DNA of 32,000 nucleotides from Abditibacterium sp. (GTDB lineage: Bacteria; Armatimonadota; Abditibacteriia; Abditibacteriales; Abditibacteriaceae): assembly GCA_965199495.1 (NCBI GenBank), contig CBDASK010000003.1, positions 441,212 through 473,211 on the forward strand. Direction: 5' to 3'. The notes below the pieces were generated by a model. That model was not told the origin of the DNA. It saw nothing but the letters and a program-made list of their open reading frames with translations, and ran no database searches. A program made the translations under genes and the position numbers. This document shows, one piece after another, positions 8,007-16,760 of the stretch. Positions within the stretch are counted from its first letter, which is position 1. Each line of letters starts with the position of its first letter.

Positions 8007-9095
8007 CTATCCTTTAAGATCACGGAGCAGACGCTCAAATTGCTGATCGTAAGTCTTCTTTTTCCGCCATTGGTTAAAATCTGGAATATGCAACGCTCTC
8101 ACATATCTCACCCAGTCTTCGCGCCATTCTCCGCTTTCCAACTTCTGATCTGCCAGTTGAAGTATTTCTTCGCCGAGTATGAAGTCGTCTAAACGCACTG
8201 GAAACAACTTTTGTGAGCCAGTCTCTCGCCCTCGCTCAATCGCGTCGAAGATTTCCGAGACGACGTTTGGCCGAAGCAGAGATTGATTCGAACACACAAG
8301 AATCAGCTTTTTGTGCTTGCTGATTTCCGTGCTGATTTGCGCTCTCCAGGGTTTCCCGCCTTTGAGATCGTGCTTGTAATGCCAGCAGTTGATGTTGTGA
8401 CTCAACAGATCTTCTCGCAGACGGTCAGCAAAGGCTCCATCCTTCTCGGCATGAGACAAAAAACAGGAATTATAAACGGCGGGGCCATGAATCCTACGAA
8501 GCTGGCGGAGTTCATCTTTTGAGTAGCCCATGCCCTCCAAAAACATATCGGGCAAACCATTTATGCTGTTGCGAAACGTAAATTGGTCTATGGAAGATAA
8601 GCCAGGATGAAGCAGCGAATCCAAGCCGTTGGCTTTGTGCAAATCACTACAAAGTTGAAACTGAGTCGCCAGCAGACGCACGCGATCCAAGTTTGCGCCC
8701 GATAGATAAACATTAAGTAGCTTGGCATCCTCCAGGTTGGCTGCGGTTAGATTCGCATCCGTGAAATTAGCGTTATCCAAAACAGTATGCGACAGGTCTG
8801 CGCCACTCCATTGGCTTGCCTGACACTGCGCCCCCGTTAGAACTGCACCTGCGGCGCGCACATTGGTAAAATCCGCCCTCTGTAACTCTGCATTATAGAA
8901 GTCGCATCCTTCTAAATTAGCACCAGCGAAGCTGGCTTCTCGTGCATCTGCCAAGATGAATTGTGCCCGGCGCAAATCCGCGCCTTGGAAATTGGCGAAT
9001 TGAAGATTCCTCCCCTCGAAGTTGGCGCCCTCCAACGAGGGCGCGTCGATTTCCATGAGCGCCTCTCCGGTGCTTCGATGACGAATAGAAATCAT
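8007..9095 (-). CDS. Pentapeptide-repeat / TIR-domain fusion protein
   Basis: Residues about 22-145 are an uninterrupted A(D/N)LxX run (ANFEGRNLQFANFQGADLRRAQF...ANFTDANLTAANLEDAKLLNVYLSGANLDRVRL). Residues about 207-335 are TIR-like (YNSCFLSHAEKDGAFADRLREDLLSHNINCWHY...KLILVCSNQSLLRPNVVSEIFDAIE). A better-supported start is ATG 9056 (MEIDAPS...), preceded by GGAGAGG. Confidence 0.9.
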   Translation of the reverse strand: MISIRHRSTGEALMEIDAPSLEGANFEGRNLQFANFQGADLRRAQFILADAREASFAGANLEGCDFYNAELQRADFTNVRAAGAVLTGAQCQASQWSGADLSHTVLDNANFTDANLTAANLEDAKLLNVYLSGANLDRVRLLATQFQLCSDLHKANGLDSLLHPGLSSIDQFTFRNSINGLPDMFLEGMGYSKDELRQLRRIHGPAVYNSCFLSHAEKDGAFADRLREDLLSHNINCWHYKHDLKGGKPWRAQISTEISKHKKLILVCSNQSLLRPNVVSEIFDAIERGRETGSQKLFPVRLDDFILGEEILQLADQKLESGEWREDWVRYVRALHIPDFNQWRKKKTYDQQFERLLRDLKG

Positions 9096-9178
9096 GAGGA
9101 ATCTGAGTAGCCACTGACTGTTGACACAACTCCTTTTTTTCTGCTACGGTGCGCTTACCTTGAAGGAGGTAACGCAAC

Positions 9179-9499
9179 ATGAAAGAAAGTCTTCCAGAAT
9201 ACAAAGCGAATCTTCAGTCTACAGAACGTTCAGCCCATGAGCAGGAGCGTTTATCAGCCGATTGGAGCGAAAGTCAACGCAAAGCTGTTGTCATTGCGTT
9301 GGCATTACACATGAGAAAAGCCGCTGAGGGTGGCGGCGATCCTTATTACACGCTTTCCGCTTCGTCAGAAGTTATCTTACAGGTTTTGACCGAGGACGCT
9401 GATTTCCTGCAATCGAACCGACAAGTTATTTTACAAGGACTGGACGAGTCCCAAATCCAACGATTCAGGGACGAACTCGAAGCATCGCCATCGGATTGA
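9179..9499 (+). CDS. Hypothetical protein (106 aa)
   Basis: A strong SD (GAAGGAGGT) lies about 8 nt before ATG 9179, and a clean terminator follows. No recognisable domain. Confidence 0.65.
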   Translation: MKESLPEYKANLQSTERSAHEQERLSADWSESQRKAVVIALALHMRKAAEGGGDPYYTLSASSEVILQVLTEDADFLQSNRQVILQGLDESQIQRFRDELEASPSD

Positions 9500-9532
9500 T
9501 TGCTCCGCCAGTAAACGCGATTGTCTGTCCTA

Positions 9533-9560
9533 AAGAGGAGTCTTTCTCCTCTTCTTTTTT
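9533..9560 (+). terminator. Rho-independent terminator
   Basis: aagaggag-tcttt-ctcctctt is a perfect 8-bp stem, followed by cttttttc. Confidence 0.7.
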
Positions 9561-9685
9561 CGTATAAATTTCGATGTTGTCTGCGCGCAACACAACGAGA
9601 TTTGAGCCTACTCATCTGTTACTTTGAGTGAGCAAAGAGAAGCCTGCACCGGCTAAATCACGCTCTTTGACAACAGGAGAAAGGA

Positions 9686-10870
9686 ATGTCTACACGAGCC
9701 GCACTCGCTCGACTCACCTGCGTCTCGCCCGTGAAATGGGCCGGACGCTACCACCATTGGGACGGCTATCCATCTGGATTAGGCGCGACCCTGTGGGAAA
9801 TGTATCACGGCCACTTCAAACACGACCTCGACCCGATGCTTAAGGTATTGCTCGATGATCATCCCGCCGGATGGTCGTCGCTCAATGCCGCCGACTTCGA
9901 TCAAGAACCTGGCTTTGCCGATTCACTGGATTCGAGCAACCAATCCGCCGACCAACCGCAATGTTACTGTCACGGCGACCGCCAAGAAACAGAATGGCTC
10001 GTCACTGATGAGAACGCTTCCGGCTCCGGTTGTGAATGGGCCTATGTCTTCACCTCGGCCAAGGCGAACGATGGCACTCAGCACAACACCATGCTCGTGC
10101 TGTCGTCTTACTCGCCCTATGGCAAGATGATCGGAATGTTTGGCATGGGCGATGACGAAGCTATCTGGCCCGTCGTCGCTGTTGTGAACTTGAAAGGTGA
10201 AGAGCCGAATTGGGAACAGATCGAAACGGCTACACCGCTCGATCCAATGTTCCCGCTCGATGATTACGCTCGCCGAGAATCCTCAAAATCTCTTCATATC
10301 TGTCGAGATTGGGGACGACGTGGCATCTATCAAGTGTGCTTCAAAGGAGAAGTGTTGCACTACGTTCACGTCAGCACAGACGAGGTCGGAAATCGACAAA
10401 TCTTCTGCACCTGTGCGACACCAGAAGACGCGGAGTCGCCCGACTGCGCTCACTCTCAAGCCGTTCTCGCACATTTGGAAACGCAACACGCGAAGGCCAA
10501 GTCGCGCCAAGAGCGCGGATTGGAATATAGCGGTTCGCGTGTCCAGACAGGCGAAGAGCAGACGCAGGTCATGGCCATCGTCTGGGAAGCGGGTCAGCCA
10601 CGGCTACTTGATCCCCGTCCCAGCCAACAACTGCACAACCATTCGCCTTCGGGATTTGAATGGGGTTATGACGGCAGCGGCCCAGCGCAACTCGCGCTGG
10701 CAATGCTGCTCGACTTCTCCGGCGATGAAGAACTCGCTTTGAATAACTATCAAGCGTTTAAATCCCAGTTCATCGCGTCACTCTCGCAAGAAGATACGCA
10801 GTGGACGATCACCGGCAGCGACATCGCTGCTTTTCTGCACCAGCGTTCGATTCGGCATTCGCCCGATTGA
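9686..10870 (+). CDS. SWIM zinc-finger protein of unknown function
   Basis: 394 aa with SD GGAGAAAGG upstream. FCTCATPEDAESPDCAHSQ fits the SWIM CxCxnCxH pattern. The N-terminal domain carries YHHWDGYPSGLG. The C-terminus carries SGFEWGYDGSGPAQLALAMLL, which I associate with a phage/plasmid domain of unknown function (low certainty). Confidence 0.8.
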   Translation: MSTRAALARLTCVSPVKWAGRYHHWDGYPSGLGATLWEMYHGHFKHDLDPMLKVLLDDHPAGWSSLNAADFDQEPGFADSLDSSNQSADQPQCYCHGDRQETEWLVTDENASGSGCEWAYVFTSAKANDGTQHNTMLVLSSYSPYGKMIGMFGMGDDEAIWPVVAVVNLKGEEPNWEQIETATPLDPMFPLDDYARRESSKSLHICRDWGRRGIYQVCFKGEVLHYVHVSTDEVGNRQIFCTCATPEDAESPDCAHSQAVLAHLETQHAKAKSRQERGLEYSGSRVQTGEEQTQVMAIVWEAGQPRLLDPRPSQQLHNHSPSGFEWGYDGSGPAQLALAMLLDFSGDEELALNNYQAFKSQFIASLSQEDTQWTITGSDIAAFLHQRSIRHSPD

Positions 10871-10882
10871 AACGCCTACTAT

Positions 10883-10916
10883 CCAGCCCACTCGTTATGC
10901 GAGTGGGCTGTTTTTT
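10883..10916 (+). terminator. Rho-independent terminator
   Basis: ccagcccactcg-ttatg-cgagtgggctg is followed by tttttt, 13 nt after the stop of the SWIM gene. Confidence 0.8.
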
Positions 10917-11125
10917 GGCAGTCAATTCCACCCCAGCTTCAACTTGTTTACTTCGTGTTTATGTTCCCTTGAAAAGAAACGATTTTTCCTTACTTGGTGG
11001 GCGGATAATTTCCGAGTTACACCTTCCGCAAACGCCGATGCCCCGCCGTTGCAGTGGAGAAAGCTGCAACTACGGGGCACCGTGCGCTAAATATATTCAG
11101 CGTTTTAACGCCAAGTCTTCGGACA

Positions 11126-11800
11126 TTACTTCAGCAACAGTGGCACGTCGAGCAACGACGTGATGCGTTCGATACCGTTTGGCGCGCGCATTATTCCAGT
11201 GCGGTCGAGCCACACGCCGCGCCATCCGACAGAGCGCGCGGCCAAGGCATCGTTTTCGATGTGATCGCCGATGTAAAGGCATTCGACCGCGCTCACGTTC
11301 GCCACCTTTTCGGCGAGGGCAAACGCCTGTGGCGACGGTTTGCGCGGGCCATTGGCGTCCAAACTCATGCGCACGGCAAAATATTCGTTCAGCCCCAAGC
11401 GTTCTAATTTGCGCTGCTGTTGATCGGCATCGCCGTTGGTCAGAACGCCCAGACGCTGACCGTGCAGCAGTTCCAACGCGGGTATAACGTCGGGAAAAAG
11501 TCGCCACTGTGCCTCGTAGAGCGGCAGATATAGCGCGAAGTATTCGTCGGCTTTGGCATCGGAGAGTTCGGGTTGCCCCAGAACTTCGCGGACGCGGCGG
11601 CGACGTTGCTCAGCGAAAGAAATCTCGCCGCGCTCGAACCGCTTCCAATGGCGTAGTGCGGCGGATTGCCAGATGCCAGGAAAATTGCTTTGATTCTGTG
11701 CCAACACGTCAGCGGCCAGAGTCACGCGCCAATCGAGCGCCGCCCGTTGCTGTGCGCCGCTATGATCGAGCAAGGTGTCGTCCAAGTCAAAGAAAATCAT
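11126..11800 (-). CDS. HAD-superfamily hydrolase
   Basis: MIFFDLDDTLLDH (motif I DxDxT), LGVLTNGD (motif II) and YIGDHIENDALAARSVGW (motif IV). The ORF extends to 11839, but MIFFDLDD at 11800 is the typical HAD start. Confidence 0.9.
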   Translation of the reverse strand: MIFFDLDDTLLDHSGAQQRAALDWRVTLAADVLAQNQSNFPGIWQSAALRHWKRFERGEISFAEQRRRRVREVLGQPELSDAKADEYFALYLPLYEAQWRLFPDVIPALELLHGQRLGVLTNGDADQQQRKLERLGLNEYFAVRMSLDANGPRKPSPQAFALAEKVANVSAVECLYIGDHIENDALAARSVGWRGVWLDRTGIMRAPNGIERITSLLDVPLLLK

Positions 11801-11847
11801 GAAAAATAGGCGGCGCCGAAATTGCTTTGGCACCGCCATTGAAGCGA

Positions 11848-12387
11848 TTAACTGAAGGTGCCGCTCGGATACAAACCTTTGATGGTGTCGAGCGTGTCGC
11901 TCAAACCGGCCTGATTATCCTGCGTCGCGCTCAGGTTATTGGAATCGCCCGCTTCGTCCAGCTTGCCCGCGAGTTGCTCGACGTTTTTGACTTGCGTATT
12001 CAGCGTCGCCATTTTGTCAGCGGGCAAACCGCTCGACTCGGCGGGCAAAGTTTTCACGATGTCGCGCACTTTAAAAGCGGCTTCGTGAACGGTTTTCAGG
12101 TTCTTGGAGGCGATGACTTTATCGAGGTCGGCTTTGGCCGCTTCGATTTTCGTCCAGGTCGCTTTGGCCGAGGTGAAATCGGCGTTGCTCGCCATAGCGT
12201 CCGGCGTGGCTGCATTACTCGACATTGCATCAGCGGGAGCCGCGTTAGCCATCGCGGGTGCGGCGGTGTCGGGCGCAGTCGTCGCGTCGGTCGCTTTGTT
12301 GGAGCCGCAGCCGACGAGGGCCACGCTCAGCAGAAAGGCGCTCAGGCCCAGGAGGGCGGCGCGCGGAGTGAAGATGTGGTGAATCAT
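11848..12387 (-). CDS. Lipoprotein, helical, unknown function (downstream partner of the RND pump)
   Basis: A signal peptide with lipobox (LLSVALVGC) is followed by a Met/Ala-rich linker (AMANAAPADAMSSNAATPDAMASNA) and a helical domain. No family recognised. Confidence 0.75.
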   Translation of the reverse strand: MIHHIFTPRAALLGLSAFLLSVALVGCGSNKATDATTAPDTAAPAMANAAPADAMSSNAATPDAMASNADFTSAKATWTKIEAAKADLDKVIASKNLKTVHEAAFKVRDIVKTLPAESSGLPADKMATLNTQVKNVEQLAGKLDEAGDSNNLSATQDNQAGLSDTLDTIKGLYPSGTFS

Positions 12388-12462
12388 GGTGTTAAAAGTG
12401 GGCGTTTCGAGAACGCCAAGTTAAAGGCGCGCGGAGTTTTTGCGCGCCGCGCGCGAGTTCGT

Positions 12463-15400
12463 TCAGTCGGAGTTTGGGGGCACCGTTTTGGTGGTCGGTG
12501 CTTCGGCGTGGCTGTTGATGCCGTCGCCATCGGTCGCCACTTCGTCAAGGGGCACGTGATCTATATCGTCGCTATCGCGCTTTTGCGCTTCGCTCGACTC
12601 GCCGTTTAGCGGCGCGCTGTCCAAATCCACGCCCGAAAGCAAGTCATCAAACAGATGGCGGTCGGGGTCTTCGGCGATTAAACCGCGCTCGACGGCGCGT
12701 TCATGCGCGTTGCGCTCGGCGATAATTTTGTCGCCAATCGGCTTGCCGAATCGCCAGAACAGCGCGGGCGTGACGACTTGATCCAAGAGCGTCGAAGTAA
12801 TCAGGCCGCCCAAAACGACGACGGCCAAGGGCTGCAAAATCTCTTTGCCGGGCGCGCCTTTGGCCAAAGCCAACGGCACCAAAGCCAAACCCGCCGTCAA
12901 TGCCGTCATCAAGACAGGAACCAATCGTTCGAGCGAGCCGCGCACGATCATCTGTTTCGTCCAGCCCTCGCCTTCCTCGCGCATCAGATGTTGGTAGTGC
13001 GAGATCATCATGATGCCGTTGCGACTGGTGATGCCGAACAGCGAAATGAAACCGACCAGCGAGGCGACCGACAAAACGCCGCCGGTGAGGTAAACCGCGA
13101 TGATGCCGCCGATGATGGCCAAGGGAATGTTGACCATCACCTGAAGCGCCGCGCGTGGATGGCCCAGCGCCATTTGCAAGGTCAGGTAAATCGCTACCAA
13201 AGAGAAGAGCGAGAGGAACAGAATCAGACGCGAAGCCGATTGCTGCGCCTCGAATTGGCCGCCGTATTCGACAAAGTAGCCGGGCGGCATTTGGACGCTC
13301 GCGCCGACTTTACTTTCCACGTCCTGCACTACCGAACCCAAATCGCGGCCCGCAACGTTGGCGCTAATCACGATGCGGCGCTGCACGTTCTCGCGCATAA
13401 TCGCGTTGGGGCCGAAACCTTCTTCGATGTCGGCCACGCTCGACAAGGGAATTTTGGCGCCGCCCGGAGTGTCAATAAGAACGCCTCGAATCGCGTCCAA
13501 ATTGCCCCGTGCGGCATCGTTGAAGCGCACCAGAACTTCGTAAGATCGCTGGCCTTCCAAAACGATTCCGGCGTTTTGGCCCAGCATCGCGGTTTCCAAT
13601 GCTTCGCTCACTTCACCACTCTGCAAGCCGTAGCGCGCCAGAGCGTCGCGCTTCATGCGAATCTGAACCTGGGGAATCTCGACTAACTTCTCAACCTTCA
13701 AATCCACGATGCCCGGAACGCCCAACATCGCTTGCCGAATCTCTTCGGCTTTGGCGCGCAGTGTCGGCAAATCCGGCCCGAAGACTTTAACCGCCAACTG
13801 CGAGTTGACGCCCGACAGCAAATGATCCAAACGGTGCGAAATCGGTTGGCCGATGTTGAGCGTCACGCCCGGCAAGGTGCCCAACTTCTGCCGCACATCG
13901 GCCAGAATAATTTCTTTGGGACGACCTGCTTTGAGTTCAACCTCGATCTCGCTGGAATGAACGCCCTCGGCGTGTTCGTCCAGTTCGGCGCGTCCCGTCC
14001 GGCGCCCTGTTTCGGTGACTTCGGGGATTTGCTTCAAGAGCAGTTCGGCGGCGGTGCCCAGACGATTACTCTCTTCCAGACTGGTGCCGGGTTGCGCCAA
14101 CATATTGATGGTCAGCGAACCTTCGTTGAAGCCGGGCAAAAATTCCTTGCCCATGAATGGCGTCGTCGCCATCGCCACAACGAACAGTAGACCGGCGCCA
14201 ATTAGAATCGGCATCGGACGGTTGAGCGTCCAGCCCAGCAAACGCGTGTCCACTTTCTTAAGCCAACGCACCAGGGCGCTGTCTTTTTCAACGTGCGTAA
14301 TCGCCTTAGATTTGGGCAACAGATACGACGCTAAAACCGGCGTCACCGTGAGCGACACAAACAATGAAGCGAGGAGCGAGACGATGTAGGCGATGCCCAA
14401 GGGCGCGAAGAGTTTGCCTTCCATACCCGACAGCGCAAATAACGGGATGAAGACCAGCGCCACGATAATTGTGGCGAACACAATCGAGTTGCGAACTTCG
14501 CGGCTCGCCTCGTAGATCACTTGAAGCGGCGGACGTGGCTGCTGTTCGCGGGCGTTCTCGCGCAGACGCCGAAAGACGTTTTCCACGTCCACAATCGCGT
14601 CGTCCACCAATTCGCCAATCGCGACCGCCAAACCGCCCAGCGTCATGGTGTTGACGCCGACGCCGAACTGCTTGAACACAATCGCCGTGACCAAAAACGA
14701 AAGCGGAATTGCAGTCAGGGTAATCGCCGTCGTGCGGAAGTTGAGCAGAAACAGGAACAAGACGATGGTGACCAGAATCGCCGCGTCGCGCAGAGCTTCC
14801 TCGACGTTGCCGACCGCCGATTCGATGAAGTTGGATTGTCGGAAAATCTGTTTGTTGATCTGCACATCGGCGGGCAAACTCTTTTGGATGTCGTCTAAGG
14901 CCGCGTCTACTTTACCGGTCAGTTCGAGCGTGTTGGCGCCCGGCTGTTTTTCTATGTTGAGAATCACGGCGGGCGCGGCGTTGGCCGAGCCGTCGCCACG
15001 CTTGAGCTGCGCGCCCGCTACAACCTGCGCGACTTGGCCGACCGTAATCGGCACGCCCGCGTTGCTTTCGATGGCGGTATCCGCGATGTCTTGCGGCGTT
15101 TGGACGCGGCCCAAATTGCGAACCAGATACTCTTTGCCGCCCCGATCAATCCAGCCGCCAGTCGTGTTGACGTTGCTCTTTTCGACGGCGGCAGTGACTT
15201 CGTTCAAGGTCACGCCAAACTGCTTGAGCTTGGCCGGATCGATCAGAACTTGAAGCTGCTTGCGCCCGCCACCGATGTTGATGACCTGTGCCACGCCCGG
15301 CACAGAAAGCAATCGCGGACGCACCACCCAATCGGCTAAGGTTCGCAACTGAAGCGGGTCGGTCTTACCGTCTTTGGACGACATCGAGATCAGCATGATG

Positions 15401-15813
15401 CTGCCCATGACCGACGAAATCGGCGCCAGTTGAGGAGCCACGTCGGGCGGCAACTGCTCGCGCGCCTGCGCCAGTTTCTCGTTGACGATCTGGCGGTCGG
15501 TGTAAATATCGGTGCCCCAGGCGAAATCGACGTAAACGATGGACAAACCCGGCGCGCTCGACGAGCGCACGCGTTCGACGCCACTCGCGCCGTTCATCGA
15601 AGTTTCGATGGGCAACGTGACCAGAGTTTCGACTTCTTCGGGCGCCAGACCGTTGGCCTCGGTCATGATGGTGACGACGGGCCGATTGAGATCGGGCAGC
15701 ACGTCAACTGGCAAGTTGGCTGTCACGATGCCGCCGTAGACCAGGATCATGGCGGCGAGCGCCATCACGATGGGCCGGTGCGCCAGCGACCAAGCGATGA
15801 TTTTGTTGAGCAT
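12463..15813 (-). CDS. CusA/CzcA-family heavy-metal efflux RND transporter with an acidic C-terminal extension of about 85 aa
   Basis: 1116 aa. The N-terminus (IIAWSLAHRPIVMALAAMILVYGG...LPVDVLPDLNRPVVTIMTEANGLAPEEVE) and the overall 12-TM, two-large-loop layout are typical of HME-RND pumps. The tail (...EDPDRHLFDDLLSGVDLDSAPLNGESSEAQKRDSDDIDHVPLDEVATDGDG...) extends beyond the usual end. Confidence 0.97.
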   Translation of the reverse strand: MLNKIIAWSLAHRPIVMALAAMILVYGGIVTANLPVDVLPDLNRPVVTIMTEANGLAPEEVETLVTLPIETSMNGASGVERVRSSSAPGLSIVYVDFAWGTDIYTDRQIVNEKLAQAREQLPPDVAPQLAPISSVMGSIMLISMSSKDGKTDPLQLRTLADWVVRPRLLSVPGVAQVINIGGGRKQLQVLIDPAKLKQFGVTLNEVTAAVEKSNVNTTGGWIDRGGKEYLVRNLGRVQTPQDIADTAIESNAGVPITVGQVAQVVAGAQLKRGDGSANAAPAVILNIEKQPGANTLELTGKVDAALDDIQKSLPADVQINKQIFRQSNFIESAVGNVEEALRDAAILVTIVLFLFLLNFRTTAITLTAIPLSFLVTAIVFKQFGVGVNTMTLGGLAVAIGELVDDAIVDVENVFRRLRENAREQQPRPPLQVIYEASREVRNSIVFATIIVALVFIPLFALSGMEGKLFAPLGIAYIVSLLASLFVSLTVTPVLASYLLPKSKAITHVEKDSALVRWLKKVDTRLLGWTLNRPMPILIGAGLLFVVAMATTPFMGKEFLPGFNEGSLTINMLAQPGTSLEESNRLGTAAELLLKQIPEVTETGRRTGRAELDEHAEGVHSSEIEVELKAGRPKEIILADVRQKLGTLPGVTLNIGQPISHRLDHLLSGVNSQLAVKVFGPDLPTLRAKAEEIRQAMLGVPGIVDLKVEKLVEIPQVQIRMKRDALARYGLQSGEVSEALETAMLGQNAGIVLEGQRSYEVLVRFNDAARGNLDAIRGVLIDTPGGAKIPLSSVADIEEGFGPNAIMRENVQRRIVISANVAGRDLGSVVQDVESKVGASVQMPPGYFVEYGGQFEAQQSASRLILFLSLFSLVAIYLTLQMALGHPRAALQVMVNIPLAIIGGIIAVYLTGGVLSVASLVGFISLFGITSRNGIMMISHYQHLMREEGEGWTKQMIVRGSLERLVPVLMTALTAGLALVPLALAKGAPGKEILQPLAVVVLGGLITSTLLDQVVTPALFWRFGKPIGDKIIAERNAHERAVERGLIAEDPDRHLFDDLLSGVDLDSAPLNGESSEAQKRDSDDIDHVPLDEVATDGDGINSHAEAPTTKTVPPNSD

Positions 15814-15993
15814 GAAAATTCTTGGTCACCCGTAATCTTAGTGCTATGGGCAACACTCTAACCGTTAAATCTGGCTGCGCAAAAACAGGCATTCGCCCAC
15901 GAAAAAGCGAATTTCGTAGCGCAGACGCAAGCCACATTCGAGATTGTTAATACCTATCCGGTCGTGAACCAATTCACGCGTTAAATGTGAACG

Positions 15994-16030
15994 CTGAATT
16001 CCGGCTCAAGGAGAGCCGGAATTCAGTTTT
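15994..16030. other. Perfect 14-bp hairpin between the cupredoxin and RND genes (attenuator, terminator or processing site)
   Basis: ctgaattccggctc-aagga-gagccggaattcag is followed by tttt on the plus strand. On the coding (minus) strand it is not followed by a T-tract. Confidence 0.4.
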
Positions 16031-16038
16031 GGGGCCGT

Positions 16039-16416
16039 TTACTTAGCGGTGATGGTGCCCTTGAACATCCTCATTTTACAGGCAAAGCCGATGATCTGGC
16101 CCTTTTTCGGGGTAAAGACGATCTCCTTTTTCTCGCCTTTTTTGAGGCTCACGTCCTGCTTGAGAGCTAGAATAGTGAAGCTATTGGCGCAACCTTCGCC
16201 TTTGGAAACGAAAGTCAAGCGGACTTCCTGTCCGGGCTTAACTTTGATGGCTGCCGGATGAAAGCCTTTGGCGTCAATCGAGACGGTGACTTTCTGGTCT
16301 TTGTGGGTTTTGGTGTGGTCTTCGCCACCGTGAGCCGAGGCGATTTGCGGCGCCATCGAAGCGCCGAGTAATCCGGCGCCCAGCGCCAGTCCCGCGAGAA
16401 TTTGTTTGCTGTTCAT
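16039..16416 (-). CDS. Secreted cupredoxin-fold protein
   Basis: A signal peptide ends ...APQIASA, followed by HGGEDHTKTH. FHPAAIKVKPGQEVRLTFVSKGEGCANSF...FACKMRMFKGTI is typical of small cupredoxin-like domains found beside copper exporters. Confidence 0.85.
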   Translation of the reverse strand: MNSKQILAGLALGAGLLGASMAPQIASAHGGEDHTKTHKDQKVTVSIDAKGFHPAAIKVKPGQEVRLTFVSKGEGCANSFTILALKQDVSLKKGEKKEIVFTPKKGQIIGFACKMRMFKGTITAK

Positions 16417-16488
16417 GTGTGTGTAACTCCTTGTGATTTTGTGTCCCGCGCCGTCGCATCGAAGTGCCTCGGCGCGGGACGGTCGGTG

Positions 16489-16740
16489 TTAGCCCAGAAA
16501 GCTGGTCATCATAGCGCGCAGTTCCACCGGATCAACGGCACAATCTTCCGTTGTCATCTGTTCGCTTATGTGTTCGAAGAGCAGATCAAAGAAAAGCGCG
16601 TTTAATTGCTCACGCAAATCGCACAAAACGGACAAGGCTACGGCGTTTTGCTGCGAATTCAACAGGGGTTGCAACTCGTTCAAGCGTGTTTCCAGTTGCC
16701 TCAATCGCTCTTTGGCCTCACTTCGCGTTAAGTCATTCAT
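16489..16740 (-). CDS. Small helical hypothetical protein (83 aa)
   Basis: The ORF sits in operon context, 20 nt after the upstream stop. It reads as a predicted coiled-coil-like sequence. No motif recognised. Confidence 0.5.
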   Translation of the reverse strand: MNDLTRSEAKERLRQLETRLNELQPLLNSQQNAVALSVLCDLREQLNALFFDLLFEHISEQMTTEDCAVDPVELRAMMTSFLG

Positions 16741-16760
16741 AATGTTCCCTGATTAGAAGC

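Noticed and set aside
8007-10870. Calling the TIR gene part of a Thoeris system.
   Set aside because: No ThsA-type partner (SIR2, Macro or SLOG-TM) is adjacent. The neighbours are a small unknown ORF and a SWIM protein.
11040-11078. An interrupted 13-bp hairpin in the gap at the compositional boundary, considered as an att site or a terminator for the HAD gene.
   Set aside because: It has no T-tract on either strand, and I found no matching direct repeat elsewhere in the window. It is mentioned only as context for the boundary.
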